From: Tubiluchus corallicola
Taxonomy: Eukaryota; Animalia; Priapulida
Direction: 5' to 3'
DNA: 64,000 bases
Assembly (NCBI GenBank): GCA_030141605.1
Contig: JAQGDQ010000308.1
Coordinates: 186,001-250,000, forward strand
Shown here: positions 12,201 through 25,150 of the stretch, in pieces
Layout of the letters: each line of letters starts with the position of its first letter
Position numbering within the stretch: the stretch's first letter is position 1
Translations under genes and position numbers: made by a program
Notes under the pieces: model-generated
The model's database searches: none
Told to the model about the DNA's origin: nothing
The model's input: only the letters and a program-made list of their open reading frames with translations

Positions 12201-15200
12201 CTCTCTTCTCACTACTATACTTTCTTGGCTAACTTCTAGCATGTGCAATGTATGTTGGACTGAGTCCTTTAGTGAGAAGAAAACATATGTGTAGATGACT
12301 GTTTTTAAGTATGCTTGCTGAGTAAGTTTACGAAGTGCAGACATGGCAAATACAATGGCAAGTGCAAAGGCAATGACACGACAAATGATGAAATCATCAT
12401 ATCCCTTGAATGAACGCTTAGTTAAGACTCCCACGTCTGTCTTGTATGCCCTCATTACAAAAAACGCTCCAGGGGATAGAACAGCCTTGTCGGCATGGAT
12501 TTTTTGTTCACAAAACGCCTACCGAGCCAAAAAACATGATTCCGAGACGTCTAATGCACATCAATGAAAAACTACGCTTGACCGCCAATAGGCTAGCTTA
12601 GTGGCTATAATACTATTATTATTCAAAGAACTAGCTAGGAACGAATGAATGTCAGATCCGTAATTACTTAGTTATTTATCGCTGTGGGCTACCATCGACG
12701 CGACTAATAGCACTTTTCATCAGACCGGAACTAATTTCGAAAACGCGGAGGAATTTCAGGCTGGAGACAGTCTGTATTACAGACTAGACCGGAGCAGACA
12801 ATATGCGATTAGTACGAGTCTGTACGATCAGCAGAACTAATTTGAAAATAAAAAGCAATAGAAAAACCTCAATGGAATATTGCTTTCGCAGAAAACGAGA
12901 TTACAGTACTGAGCGATAAAGAAATGGCTGGCGCAGAAAATTCTGGGAAACCAAAGATAAAACGTCTGCTGAGTTATTTTGAGAACAAAAAAATTATGCC
13001 TGGGACTGAAAATGACAATACCATACAAGTGATATACTTTGCGTTGTCTTATTATCAGATGTGCTTTCATACAATTACAAGTTTACAGAAAAGGCGAGCA
13101 GCTACGCCGGATAGCGATGGTCACATGTGAGGATAAAAAGAAACTCATTAAAAAATTGGTTATACTTGTTATCAGGCCTAAAAGCTAGCAATTTAATGGG
13201 GGAACGGCAATTTTAAAGACAAAGTATGCATAAAAAACTTTGCACACAAAGTTATATTACCCTTATTTGTTTGAAATACTTATGTGACTAGAAAACAAAA
13301 TTGTTAGTAATTTAAAATGTTCGCCCCAACTGGTAAAATATCACTGATCACTTTCCCAGTGTGCATCGCCTACTTACCAAAAACACAACAACAACACATT
13401 TTTAATGTTATTGACAAAATAAAGTAATTATACTTTTGCATAGTTAGCGGATTGTGCGCTACGAATGCTCTGATTATTTTTTTTATTTTTTCACTACCGT
13501 ATCTCTAAACTAGTTTCAAACGACTTACCGTCAAAATGGCTGCGCCTAATGGTCATTGCGGGAGTCTAAAACTTTTCATGTTTTATACAGCACTGCATGC
13601 TAGTTCAGGCCCTGTGTGCAATAAGGCAGCATGTAGGTGACACAAGACGAAATTTTTAAATTTTATTTATGAAGAGTGTTTCTTGTGCTTTGAGAACTTA
13701 AAATTGCAAAGCGGCACATCAAAGTGAAAGTCTGTAATCTTAAAATAAGCACAGCTTAAAAAGAGCGGACGGCAACCGAGTCTAAATAGCCCAAGGGTCA
13801 GCTAAAATCTTTTCTATATTTTTAGGTCGCGCGGGTTTTTATTTCTGAACTCTAAATATTGGTCATGAAGGGCGTATGTGCTAGCAACTGAAGACTGCGG
13901 AGTAAATTTTAAAACAAGCTTTTACTATATCTTGGTGCAAAAACTAAAAAGTTTGTTTTGAAATTGAATATAAATTTAAACCAAGGATCCTGGGTAGTAC
14001 CAGATTGGTCTGTTGGTTAACAGTTGCGGCATGAGCCGCACCAAAACGTAAAGCAGATATTAATTTATGACTAAGGCCGGCTGACAGCGCTGCCAATGGC
14101 GTACGTGACTATGTAGGCACTGTCATTGTTGTCTTTAATATATTCTTTTTCTTAGCTGTTTAGTAGTATTGTTTGCCGTAGTCTATAATATTAAGTTAGC
14201 CAACTCAGCCGAGTTAGTCTGTTTCCTGTTTGGTGTTTAAAGGACAAGAAAAAGGGTACCTGAAGTAGGTTTCAGAAAAATCGCCTCAAAAAATTATATT
14301 ACTTTATAGCAATTTTATGCGTATATCGTACTCGCGTTGAAAGGATTTTTTGTTTGTTTTCATTTTAAATCTCCCGCAATACTGTTCCGACGGCGCCATT
14401 ACGACGTCACCTACGCAAACGTAAATCAGGGGAAGAAAAGGTAATGTTAAACTATGTCCCAAAAAACTTCCCATGCAAATTTACATTACTTAGATATTGT
14501 TTACCTGCTGGAAATGCTTATGTAATTAGAAAAGAAAATTATTAATTATTTAAAATGTTTTCACCAATGGGTAAAATATCGCTGACTCATCTTCAGGGTG
14601 CACCACTCACTAATCAAAAACGCATTTTTAATCTTATTGACAAGATACGGTATTTAAAAATTTGCTTAGTGACGTATGCGTTAGGAATGCCCTGATTATT
14701 TTTTCAAACTTTACTCGGTGTTATCTAAACTTGTTTCAAATGACTTATCGTCAAAATGGCTGCGTCTAACTGTCATGAAGAGAATATTTAAATTTACATG
14801 TATTATACAATGTTACTGTCGACGCAAGTCCTGTATGCAAAAAGGCAGTATGTAAGCGGTATGAAATTTCAAGACGAATTTTTTTAGCTTTATGTAAGTG
14901 GAGGATTTTCTTGTGCTTTAAAAGGACGGCCAAAAAACGACTGAATGGGTTTTACTGAAATTCTGTATGAGTTTCGGGCCTTTGGGAAAGACATAGAAAT
15001 AGCGTCCAAAATAGCACATTTGAGGCTTTATTGTGTTTAACACACGCCCGCACACCACCCAAACGACATGGATGGCGGACATAGAGAGATGATCACTGTA
15101 ATTTTCTGATTTTTGCTTCCCGAAAATAAATGTATACGATCCACAACACAGCTATTAAGATGAAAATGAGTTAAAAGCGGCAAGAAGATAGATGCAAGTC

Positions 15201-17760
15201 CTTTAAGTCACTCTCACCATAAATTCCCTTAAACTTCTATATAATAGCCCTTTTACCCTCATGTTAAATTCATCATGCGATGTCTCCTAAATTCACCATA
15301 AATAGCACCAGCTGGTACTGTAATTTCAAAATGCCACTTGTGTCATTATTTAATAAACCTGATCACACGACGTTTTAGTTCACTTTCTAATAAACTATTA
15401 TGATGGACATTTTATTTGGTACGCCTTTTATTTAAGTGTAATTTCGTCTAGACTTGCCAAACCTCGAGGTTTAAAGGGCGTCCTGTCTGTAACCTCTAAT
15501 AAAACTATGTGAAGGAGCGTGTGAATAGTTATTTAATGAATGTGTTAACATTAAAAATACACCTTCACCACAGTTTAAACAATAGTATGCATATGCAGTC
15601 GAGCTGCAAACCCGCATTTAAAAACTCGCCCAGCGAGAGATCAGACTTAGTCATATGATAACAAAAATATTGCTTTATACAGAAGTCTATAGGGCTAAAA
15701 TAAGTTCAAAGATGCAAATTGAACTTTAAATTTTTTTTCAGGATAAATAATTCAGATGTAAAGCTTGTTCTTGTTACAATGGAATTTAGAAATCTTACAA
15801 ATTATAAACCCGTTAAAACGCTATTTGACTAAAAAAATTTGTGTCCCCCCCCCAAGCGGAACTTACCTACAAAGGTCATATCGGCAAACCTTGCATATCG
15901 GCAATTGCAATTTTGCACCACCCATGCTAATTTTGCTACGCTGAATTTGAATGTAATGCTGAGAATTAGCAGCAACTGATGAAAAAAAGTCTAAAAACAG
16001 CAATGCATTGCAAAGCGTTATATCTTAAGAAAGATCGGGGACTTGCAAATTATCATATCTGCAACTGGTGAATCTGACTGGCCAGCCAAGGTCACATGAT
16101 AATAAAACGACCTATGCGTTTAACACAAATGGTAGCCTAAGAACTCCAAATATATTATCTGGCCTTGCTATCCGAAAAAATCTTTAACTGTTGTGCTGTA
16201 CGCATTCTGGTTGAACATTATTTAAAGACAAAAGTAAAAAAACACAAGCTTCATTCAAAAAGATAAAGATAAATAGTCAAATGACAAAAAGCAAAATGCT
16301 ACAGAAAAAGAAAACACGCCAATGACAATAAAGATAATCAGTGGAATGAGTTTTTCAAATAGAAGTTGATTTGAATTAATAAAAGCAATTAGAAGCCTGC
16401 ATCAGACCATGTCAACTTTTCAACAGCGTTGCATTAAAAGATGCCAATTAATAAAAAACACCAATGACAGCCCTATACACGGTTGTATCTGTACAGCATA
16501 CACTCAGTTGCACATTGTGAAAAATAGTAGTAAAGGGTTATTTTTCAAAATAAACATGGTCTGTGCAGAACATATGATCCCTGGAACATATTAGTTGTGT
16601 CTGTTATACTGTCTACATGAAATGTTTAACAAGTAAATGAAAAACCAAGTGCTTAATTATTGCTTACAGAGGCTAAAAACGAGTATCACGCATAGCAGAA
16701 CTTCTGAGTCCACTAGACATTATAAGCGAGGCAGTCTAGTGTGTTACACAGCTTAAAATAGTATTTTTGACCAAACATTCTTATTTTTTTATAACGTTGA
16801 AAAACGTAAGAAAATACTCACTGCTAATCATTATTTCTAGGGCACAGTCTGTGTCGAATGGGAAAAAAGTTATGTCTAAGCGAACAGTGCAGGCAAAGAC
16901 GCGAACATCTAAAAATAGCGTGGAATTTTCGTCAAATTTGCGTTGAACGACTAGCATTGCATTACTCGGCTTATAAATATCGACGAAGAAAAGTCGCCCT
17001 AAAGTTGAACCCGAAATATCATTAAATATTGCACAGACAAAGCACGGATACACTTTTGCATTATAATAACTGTTTGTGCGGGAGAAACAATTATTATAAT
17101 GTCAGTGTGGTCGGCATCAGAATATTCTACCGTACTAGAAACCTAGACGTCAGAGGCTGACGCCGCTAAAAAATTTCAGACTACTACGTTAACCGCTTCA
17201 CTATATAGGCATTTTTCATTGCTTAAAGTCGGTAGGCGTGTTGAGCTAACTCATTTACTTCATTTATAGACTGATGTATATGATTTGAAAGCGTATATGA
17301 AAGCCTATCTCAAGGAATCCACGGTACATAAAAAACTCGGAAGACATATGATTAAATTTGTATAAGTTACAAAATTCAATAGCAGGCTAAATGAAAATTA
17401 TGAGTTTGTGGTAAATGTTATATTTTGACTTTTAAGTTTCTTACTTTTAAACTTATGAGGACATACAGTAGCAACTCTAGCATAATGGAAATTGGATATT
17501 GCAAAGTTCACGACAAAGACTCCGTTAGTATTTTTACCGATGCACCTATCGACAAATAAGTTAAAGAAAAACTCGAAGCGCTCACAAAAAGCCGACCGAG
17601 CAAGGCAGCAGACTGTTGCTGTGTACACAAACCTCACACAAGTTGCTATTGATTCTACAGGCTAGTTGTAATAGACAGACGGCAGACAGCAGAATTCGTG
17701 TAACCTAGATCCTATGAAGCAAGGACACGACTCCCTAAGCCAGGCAGAAGAGGAGGGAGA

Positions 17761-17807
<47 letters not shown>

Positions 17808-19775
17808 CGCGGGGAGGGGCGAGAGAGAGTACCCGTGGGGGAGGGGGAAGAACAGAAAAATATAGCAAGAACGAGAGCTCAGTAGCACGATTATGCAATT
17901 ATAATCACAGCAGCTTTGAAACAAAATTGTATGTGTACACTCATCCTGCAGCTAAAATTTGTCTGAAAACGCAGGACTCTCTCTCAGCTCTACTTTGGAC
18001 CCACAAGTTTGTTTGTTTGTTTGCTTGTTTGAACCTACAGTGGTTCATCTTATGCTGTATGTTATCATGTGAGTATCCCAAGTAAGCTTAATTTTCAAAA
18101 TGTATATTGACTATCATTGACCATAATATAGAACTGAAATGATAAGCCTGATCTGAAAGTGTGAAACTAGAACATTATTTGATGTTTCATGACAGACTTC
18201 GAAGCATCCAATAATCAACGACCTTTGATCATGAATGTTAAATAAGAGAACCATGACGACGACAGTAAAATAAATTGACCTATTCATTTGCCAAGTCTGG
18301 TACAGCCAGCACATGTATCATTCAGGCAGGTATAAATGACATGCCATTAAGTGCCGGCTACGCTTGCTATGCTACTAGCCAATCAATACTTGAATACTCC
18401 CAACAAACACGTCTTAATTAAAAATTAAAATACATGTCATATAGCCTACAAAGTGTGCTACATAATATAAAACGATAAAAAGAGAAAACATTAATTTAAT
18501 GTTGCACGTTAAATTTAAACTCATTGAATTATCAGCTTGCAAAGACAACAAAGCCAGAACTGAGGTTAAAAAACAGCCAGTAGTTAGGGATAAGTCTTTT
18601 GGAAATCTAAAGGAGAGAAACCATCCAGAATAATGTATTATATGAGACATTGTGAACTTTATAATAGTTTCATGAAAAAGTGTCTTAAATCATGTACATG
18701 ACTGTGAATGTCAGTTAATACTTAATACCACAAGATGTGTAACCAGATACGATTTAAGGTTTATTACATGCAGAGGGTAATAAGTTTAAGCAGGGAAATT
18801 TAGGAAGAAACAAACTGGTCTATAAACAGCAGAGGTATTTACATTTAATTTATATACCTGACGTCTTTTGCGGGTATCTACATCAAACTTCTCTTTCATT
18901 TTCTCCAGTTCTGGTTTCAGTTTCTCGAAGTCCTCTTGATCTGTAGCAAGCTGAATATACCACCTCCAATTACTAGAGTCAAAACCCCAATGACAGGTGC
19001 GATTCTCCAAAGGTTTGTGAGAGTGGATCACAAATTGCTGCGGAGAAAGAAGTCCATGGCAGTGACAACAAGTGATACACTTAGCATCAGGGCTGTCATA
19101 TAGTTCAGGTGAGAAAATTCCCTTACAGCGACCAAAGCATTTATGAAACACCTGAAAGCTATGCTTGGTAACTGTGCACGTGCTTTTAGGAACTGCCTTG
19201 TGCAATAAGGAATTACACAAACGCTCTGCATCAGTCTTAGTTATCAGTCCACAACTTGCTGCAGAGAACGGTAATATTCCCGACAGCTTTAGGATCTCCA
19301 GCTGTTCTGGATTGCAGCGAGAGCAGAATATGTGTAACTCATCACACACTGAATAAATCTGCTCCAATTTAAACTCACGTAACACACTATTTAGAACCTG
19401 TGGCAAACACAGTCGTTTCTCACCACCAACAACAAAGCATGAAATCAGTTCATTTTCCAATAGAGTAAGCTGTCGATCACTTCGGCTTTGATCAGGTTGA
19501 AATAGGACTGGGAATGACTGTACTGGATAAGGTATTGCAGCAATTTGCTGCATTTGTTCAAGTTCTTCATTATATGTGGTGCCACTTGCTTGTGGCTTCA
19601 TTATACTTTTGTCTGAATGATTTGGACTCTTTTTGTCTGGTGGGCTCATATTATTCCATGCTGACGAACAGCTAGCTGGTCCACTCAAACTGTCCATAGA
19701 CACCATCTGGTAACTTTTCAAAACCCTCCGAAGATGAGGGCTTGATGTGTTTTCCTCTTGCTGATGTTGATCCAT
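3261..19775 (-). CDS. SKI: Ski/SnoN family TGF-beta/Smad co-repressor, 613 aa; coding exons 19775-18858, 7204-7041, 6465-6385, 5711-5488, 4616-4444, 3542-3261
   Basis: Exon 1 has the R-Smad-binding motif ([19 protein letters not shown]), the Dachshund-homology domain ([22 protein letters not shown]...[13 protein letters not shown]) and the SAND-like Smad4-binding domain (HKCFGRCKG...HSH...[15 protein letters not shown]). Downstream exons join in frame via GT-AG sites (1842 nt total) and carry Ski-like motifs [30 protein letters not shown] and a C-terminal coiled coil. Likely a single pro-orthologue of SKI/SKIL. Confidence 0.92.
10081..11138. mobile_element. MULE-like MITE with subterminal AAAAATGGCAC-type repeats, interrupted by a Helentron-like element
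   Basis: Left arm has repeated aaaaatg(a/g)cac/aaaaatggca. Right arm has the inverse gtgccatttt. Flanks ACTGAAGAC (10072-10080) and GCGGAAGAC (11139-11147) look like a degenerate 9-bp TSD (7/9). Confidence 0.5.
10195..11006 (-). mobile_element. Non-autonomous Helentron/DINE-1-like (HINE) element
   Basis: The minus strand starts TTTTACCTCTGCCAAGGAAGTTATG, followed by a (GTTT/GTCT)n microsatellite. It ends GGCAGAGATCTGCTTCCTACTGAGCGCATTCTAGTT, i.e. subterminal inverted CTCTGCC/GGCAGAG, a 3' hairpin region and a CTAG end. Confidence 0.65.
13213..13693. mobile_element. Diverged partial copy of the TTAA-flanked MITE at 14241-14917
   Basis: About 450 bp colinear similarity with 14447-14921 (shared ggtaaaatatc, ttattgacaa, aactngtttcaaangacttancgtcaaaatggctgcg, caagacgaa, ttcttgtgctt). 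Confidence 0.6.
14241..14917. mobile_element. Kolobok-like MITE (TTAA TSD, AG...CT termini)
   Basis: TTAA|AGGACAAGAAAA ... TTTTCTTGTGCT|TTAA: 12-bp TIR with 1 mismatch, flanked by TTAA on both sides. Confidence 0.6.
17746..17830. repeat. (GA)n microsatellite / polypurine tract in Ski intron
   Basis: About 20 uninterrupted GA units at 17765-17804 with purine-rich flanks. Confidence 0.95.
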
Positions 19776-20882
19776 TACATTTGTAGCTGCATTTCTAAAT
19801 TCTGGAAGTAATAATAATAGTGTGTATCTAAGAAGTATTGGAAAATGCAGTGAAGTACTGTATCAGTAGTAAATACTATTAGGCCTGTATGACTGTTGTG
19901 GGTTGTGATAACAATCTTTTTCATTTGGAGCTTGAACTTATAAGTCCCCCCTCCAAGAAGACCTATTTTTAAACTGCAGTCGAAGCACAAACAAAATCTG
20001 TCTATGATTATAAAGTACTTAGCCGAGTCGCAGTTGACAGGTGAAACTACCAAATTTCAATAATCTGTGGAATACCAGTGATTAAAAAATAATTTACCAA
20101 CTACAATAAGTAGACAAAACTGCTTAGACATCTAGTACTACTACTACTTCTACTACGTACTATCATCTATTCTAGGCTTACATAATCTTACACAATAAAA
20201 ACTATAAAAAACTGGTTTTTTAATGAACTTTGAAAATCATTATATAATATCAATTCCAACATATCCAATGGTAGAAGCATATAGTCAAGCAAGTTAATAG
20301 TGGGAAAGAAGAAGATACCTAAGTCAGATTGCTGTTATGTTATTCCATTTTCTTTAAACTGCCTCAAGTTCTCACTCTCTTTAGTTTAGGAACGAAAAAG
20401 GACAGAATTACAATAAAAATGTGGCTAATGTTAGCTGGTTGAGGCTGTGCTCGGGACTCCATTGCAAGTACTTACACACTCTCTTAGAAACCTCAGAGCT
20501 GGTTTTTACCTGATTTGTCGACTTAGCCTCTGGTAACCTTAACATATATACGTATATGCTTTCACAATAATGTCAATTTCACAAAGCACGTTAAATTTAG
20601 ATATCAGTTATTATATATATAGAAGCAAACAAAAATCCCATAAAGAAATAATATACTTTTTAAATTACTATAATTAGGCCAAATACATGAATATATAAGA
20701 AGGTGACTATCAGTGATACATGTGCTGCAATCGGTACTATAGGACAACTATAAAGCGGAATCGACATTAAATAGCACTGCCTACATAATGACACTGCGAA
20801 GAACTACGTCTTTAATATGTTATTATTATTAAACTGGTAGATCTACTAGTACTAATATAAAAAATTTTCATAGAAAACTTAC

Positions 20883-21250
20883 CGCTACTAGATGGATCTT
20901 TCACGATATGCCACCGGATCTGTGTTATGTTAGCACTGACTGTGACGGTCGGTCTCGCTTCGTTAAACTCGCTTATCATTCAATGAATTTAACTGCTAAT
21001 AACTAGCCTAACTTGCTGGGTCGTTCGTGGCTGGCAGTCGCGGCTGCGCTATTTTCGGGTTACAAAGAGGTCAGGAAATTTCAGCGAAAATTTGTGCACC
21101 GTTGCTGCTTGTTTATTAACTATTCACCACGATTCGTGCAGCTAACCAGAGGCATAGCCATAAAATGACCGGCGTAAAGACAGTAGACTTCAAAAATTAT
21201 AGGAAATATGAAGTCAGTGGCTTGTCAGCACCACTTCCGTTCAAGTGGTC
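20883..21250 (-). promoter_or_regulatory. Probable Ski promoter and non-coding first exon
   Basis: Strong donor GCG|GTAAGT after 20883 (-). Locally CpG-rich segment. ETS-type CGGAAGTG near 21232-21240. Acceptor TTCCAG| at 19801, just upstream of the Ski ATG. TSS not determinable. Confidence 0.45.
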
Positions 21251-21339
21251 TGTTCAACGTGCAGTATTGGTGTGTCTAAAATCAGAACAAAATAATATAC
21301 GCTTAGAATGCATTGCAAATTTAGACAAATAAAATACAT

Positions 21340-22870
21340 GTAACATTTGATGTGTATCACGAAAATTTTGGAACATCCTCAGATTATCAGATACAGAGAT
21401 TTATGAATATTTTTACCTTGATGCTAATCTTATGTTACTTTGCAACCTTCCAAGTCTAAGCGAGTATCTTACTCAATCTTCTTTTTCTAATAATGAATTA
21501 GACCCTAATTATGTTATACCTAGATTTGATAGTCCCTACTATAAATTAAACACTCTTCGTAGTGCAATCGTGTAATCCCGAATTCTCCAAATACCACTTT
21601 TCTATGTAACATACCATGTTATACTTTTCTGTATTATCATGATTCAAACATTTGTGCTGGGGAGTTGGTCTATATGTAAGCAATTCATTAAATTTCTCAG
21701 AAAACATATATCTAAAAATACATTATAATAATTCCAACACAAATTATGTAAGTTGAAAATATTTGGATCAATATTGAAACTAAATGTAACAAAAAAAATA
21801 GCTTTGTAGTTTTATAGACATCCCAACACTGATGTTTTGACTTTTCATTCAGAAATGAAACATATATATATACTGACATATATTAATAGGTCGGAAAACA
21901 AAATTAATGTTATGTATGTGGTGATATGAATATCAATTTGTTACAGTATGAGGAAAACACTCTGTTGCCTCATATGCGTCCATGCTATTTCCAATTATTT
22001 TGTTCCTGTAATTACGTGTATAACCAGAATTACATAATAATATGAGTTAATTTTTTATATATTGTGCTGCTGGTATCATTTTGTACAACGTTGCAAATCA
22101 CCTGCCACTTTTCTGTTAAATTCTCACTATATAAAAAAATAGTACTCGAAAAGTACGTGAAGAACGTTAATCAAAGCAGTTTTGTAGAAGATTTAAACAG
22201 CAAATTTATGGAAATTTCACTCAACTTTCAACTCATGACTCCTCCTCTATCTTCGTGCACATATATACGCATACATGCACACCTTCATAACTACAATGGT
22301 AAATCCTTCACCAATCTCCAAGACATTGCAAATTGTCTTAATGGTCTTTTCCAATCAGCAGGTTTGAGTATGACAAAAAATTCATCATCCTGGCGATTAT
22401 AGCTGACATTTTTCAGGTATTTAGTTTTTTTAACATGCAAAAGCTTTTTAGCCATAACTTAAAAACTACTAAGACTACAAACGTGTAACTTTCACAGCCG
22501 AAGGTTAATTCATTATTGAAATGTTATGCTGTGAAATTTCAACTTTGTGAAATACAATCTGTGAAACACACTGTGAAATACAATCTGTGAAACACACTGT
22601 GAAATACAATCAACAGTGTGCTAATTGAACTATAAAAATAAAAATAATATATTGCCAACACAAGTTGACTACAACAGTAAATCCTTCGCCAATCTCCAAG
22701 ACATTGCAAATTGTTTTAATGGTCTTTTCTAATCAGCAGGTTCGAATATGGCAAAAAATTCCATCATCCAGTGTTACCTCAAATATTACCTACCCCACTT
22801 TTAATTATTCAATTTGCTTTTATCTGTTACACATGATGAAATAAGAGCACCAATCATTAAATTTAACTCC
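21340..22870 (+). mobile_element. Degraded CR1/L2-group LINE, endonuclease region
   Basis: Frameshifted APE motifs YRHPNTD (~21815) and YVCGDMNINLL (~21915), plus DIANCLNGLF linker sequence. Many stops. Confidence 0.6.
22545..22611. repeat. Short tandem repeat (CTGTGAAATACAAT/CTGTGAAACACA alternating) lying between two copies of a ~100-bp direct duplication (22290-22390, 22669-22770)
   Basis: Seen directly. Confidence 0.8.
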
Positions 22871-23155
22871 TACATCACTGTAAAAATTTGCTGCATTTTG
22901 CATCGGTTCTTGAAAAACTGCTTTCACTAAGCAGCTATTACGTTACATTTGGTAATTTTTGTAGGTTTCTACTCCTCATAAAATGGATTTTCATGCAAAA
23001 TTACATATCAAAATGCATTTGCTTACCTTAGACAAATTACAAATCGATTTTTGACAAAAAGATTGAAAAAGCTTTCAGTAACTGCAATGTGCACCATAAC
23101 AATGTATAGTATCACTTATGTGAAATCGACTAATACAGAAAATTTCTATTATTCG

Positions 23156-23330
23156 TTTAGTTTAGTGTAGTGTAGTGTAGTGTAGTGTAGTGTAGTGTAG
23201 TGTAGTGTAGTGTAGTGTCGTGTCGTGTCGTGTCGTGTCGTGTCGTGTCGTGTCGTTTCGTTTCGTTTCGTTTCGTTTCGTTTCGTTTAGCTTAGCTTAG
23301 CTTAGCTTAGCTTAGTTTAGTTTAGTTTAG
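23156..23330. repeat. Compound pentanucleotide microsatellite (TTTAG)2(TGTAG)10(TGTCG)8(TTTCG)6(TTTAG)(CTTAG)5(TTTAG)3 at a LINE 3' tail
   Basis: 35 in-register 5-mers counted directly. Abuts the 3' end of the minus-strand LINE at 23331-24375. Confidence 0.95.
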
Positions 23331-24375
23331 TTCCAAAACCAGTTTTCACACAAATGACATGATTTACAATGAGCAATACAAATTATCGGCTCAGATCAAA
23401 AGTAAAATTTGTAAGATCTGAGCAGGATAGGCAATGCGGAATAACAGAGTGCAGGAGGTGCAAAAAAAGGAAATCGTGAAAGGTTATGAATGTGAAGATG
23501 TGGTAACAAAGATGGTGAAACGATGTAAGATGAGAGGAAGGAAAAGAGAATGAAAGGATGTAAGGATTAGATTTACTTTAGAATAAGCATTGGAATTTAT
23601 ATTAATGAGCCATAACAACCAACCAGAGGAGGCAACCGGGAACACCTAACAGTTGGTGAATTAATTTACTTCTTCTTACTTGTTTTCTTCTTTTTCTTTT
23701 TCTACACTTACTTAGATTAATTACTTTAAAAGATAAGTTTGAAAATAATTACATGAGGAATATATTGGAGTTATGGTCGAATACAAAACCTTTTAACATT
23801 ATTTTAAACATGAAAACAGTATGTTATTGTTTAATGTTGTCAGGCAGCTTATTCCAAATCAGAGGACCATAAAAATTGACAAAATGCTTGGCAACATCTG
23901 TACGCATAAAACACAGATAATAATAATTATAATGTATATTATAATTATTATCATTCAATTTTAGAGGACTATTTAAAAAATCCAGAAACAGTTTGTAATT
24001 GGTTTTATATACAAAGACTGCTATAATTGCAAAATACTATTATTATCAATGGAAAGAATTTTGCACCGCTTAAACTTATTTAATCCAAAAAGTAAACGTA
24101 AAAAATTTTCTCTGGAAGGACCTTAAAGAATTTAGATTAGTTGTATAAGTAAAACCCCAAAGACAACTGACATAATTCAGATAGGGAAAAATGAAAGAAT
24201 AATAAAGTGTTTGTAAAATGGGAAGCGGATAAACAATGGCTGATATGAGAAATTATTCCAATATTTTTAGCAATCTTTAAACTAACTATTTTAATATGAA
24301 AATTCCAATCAAGATGTTCATGAAGGATTACAACCAGAAATTTAGTAGACTGAACCCATTCAATAGAAATACCAT
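23331..24375 (-). mobile_element. 5'-truncated CR1/L2-group LINE (RT C-terminus and 3' UTR)
   Basis: Minus strand reads VQSTKFLVVILHEHLDWNFHIK...IAKNIGII...LQTLYYSFIFPYLNY...LWG and FYGPLIWNKLP. Confidence 0.75.
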
Positions 24376-24419
24376 CTTCTTACCATTTATTTCTGGGCGA
24401 TGTACCATCTATTAGTGTA

Positions 24420-25150
24420 CCAAATACCGTCTACCATTTAATTTTTAGTTTTTAGTTCTACCCTATTTAAATTTTGCTTGTATTCTTTGGGGTTCCACTT
24501 ACCCTTCAAATTTAAATCCACTTCGTACACTGCAACAAAAATTCTTGTGTAATTTTTACGGTCTTTCTAAATTTTCTGCAATTTCTAAACAATACTTTAA
24601 AGATAGTAATCTATTAATAGTGGATGATCTTGTTAAGTGCAACATTGTGGTATTTATGCAAAAATTCACTTTAATTTGTTTCCACAATTTTTCATAAATC
24701 CTATAAACAATAAAATATCAAACACAATAATACTAGGTGTAATGAATATTATGCCAGATATGCTAAAACCAAGGTCCAACGTCGCTAAACATTTTATTGC
24801 TTTTGTAGACCCCAACGCTTTGAGTTCTATTTTTTGTAATATCAGAACAGTATCATGTCTGCCTAGATTTAAGAATGAGATGAAAACGTATATCTTAAAT
24901 ACATGTTAGGTGGAGACGGTCTTCAACTTTTCTTGCCATATTGTGTTGACCACGTTGGTTGCCACTCACAGTCCGTCCTAGCTTTCCAAGTTCTAGCTTT
25001 TAGCTCAGCTGCAAGCAGTTACATCATTTGTTCACTAATAATTGACTGCTCACTTGACAAGTAATTGTAGTAATTTTTGCTTTCAGTTTGTACAGTCGTA
25101 TGTAGCATTCATTACGTAATTGTAATGGTGTTTTTGTCTAATAAACAAAT
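24420..25150 (+). mobile_element. CR1/L2-group LINE RT C-terminal fragment
   Basis: YPYLNFACILWGST...LNPLRTLQQKFL...FKNEMKTYIL, followed by a 3' UTR ending in AATAAAC. Confidence 0.65.

Noticed and set aside
17662-18085. ORFs with ERERER / SLSLSL runs
   Set aside because: These are translations of the (GA)n microsatellite. There are no splice or domain signals.
22545-22611. Short repeats with alternating linkers resembling a mini-CRISPR
   Set aside because: It is a 26-bp tandem repeat with no unique spacers, in a eukaryotic context with no cas genes.
23156-23330. Interstitial telomere (TTAGG-like)
   Set aside because: No TTAGG or TTAGGG units are present, and the position matches a LINE tail.
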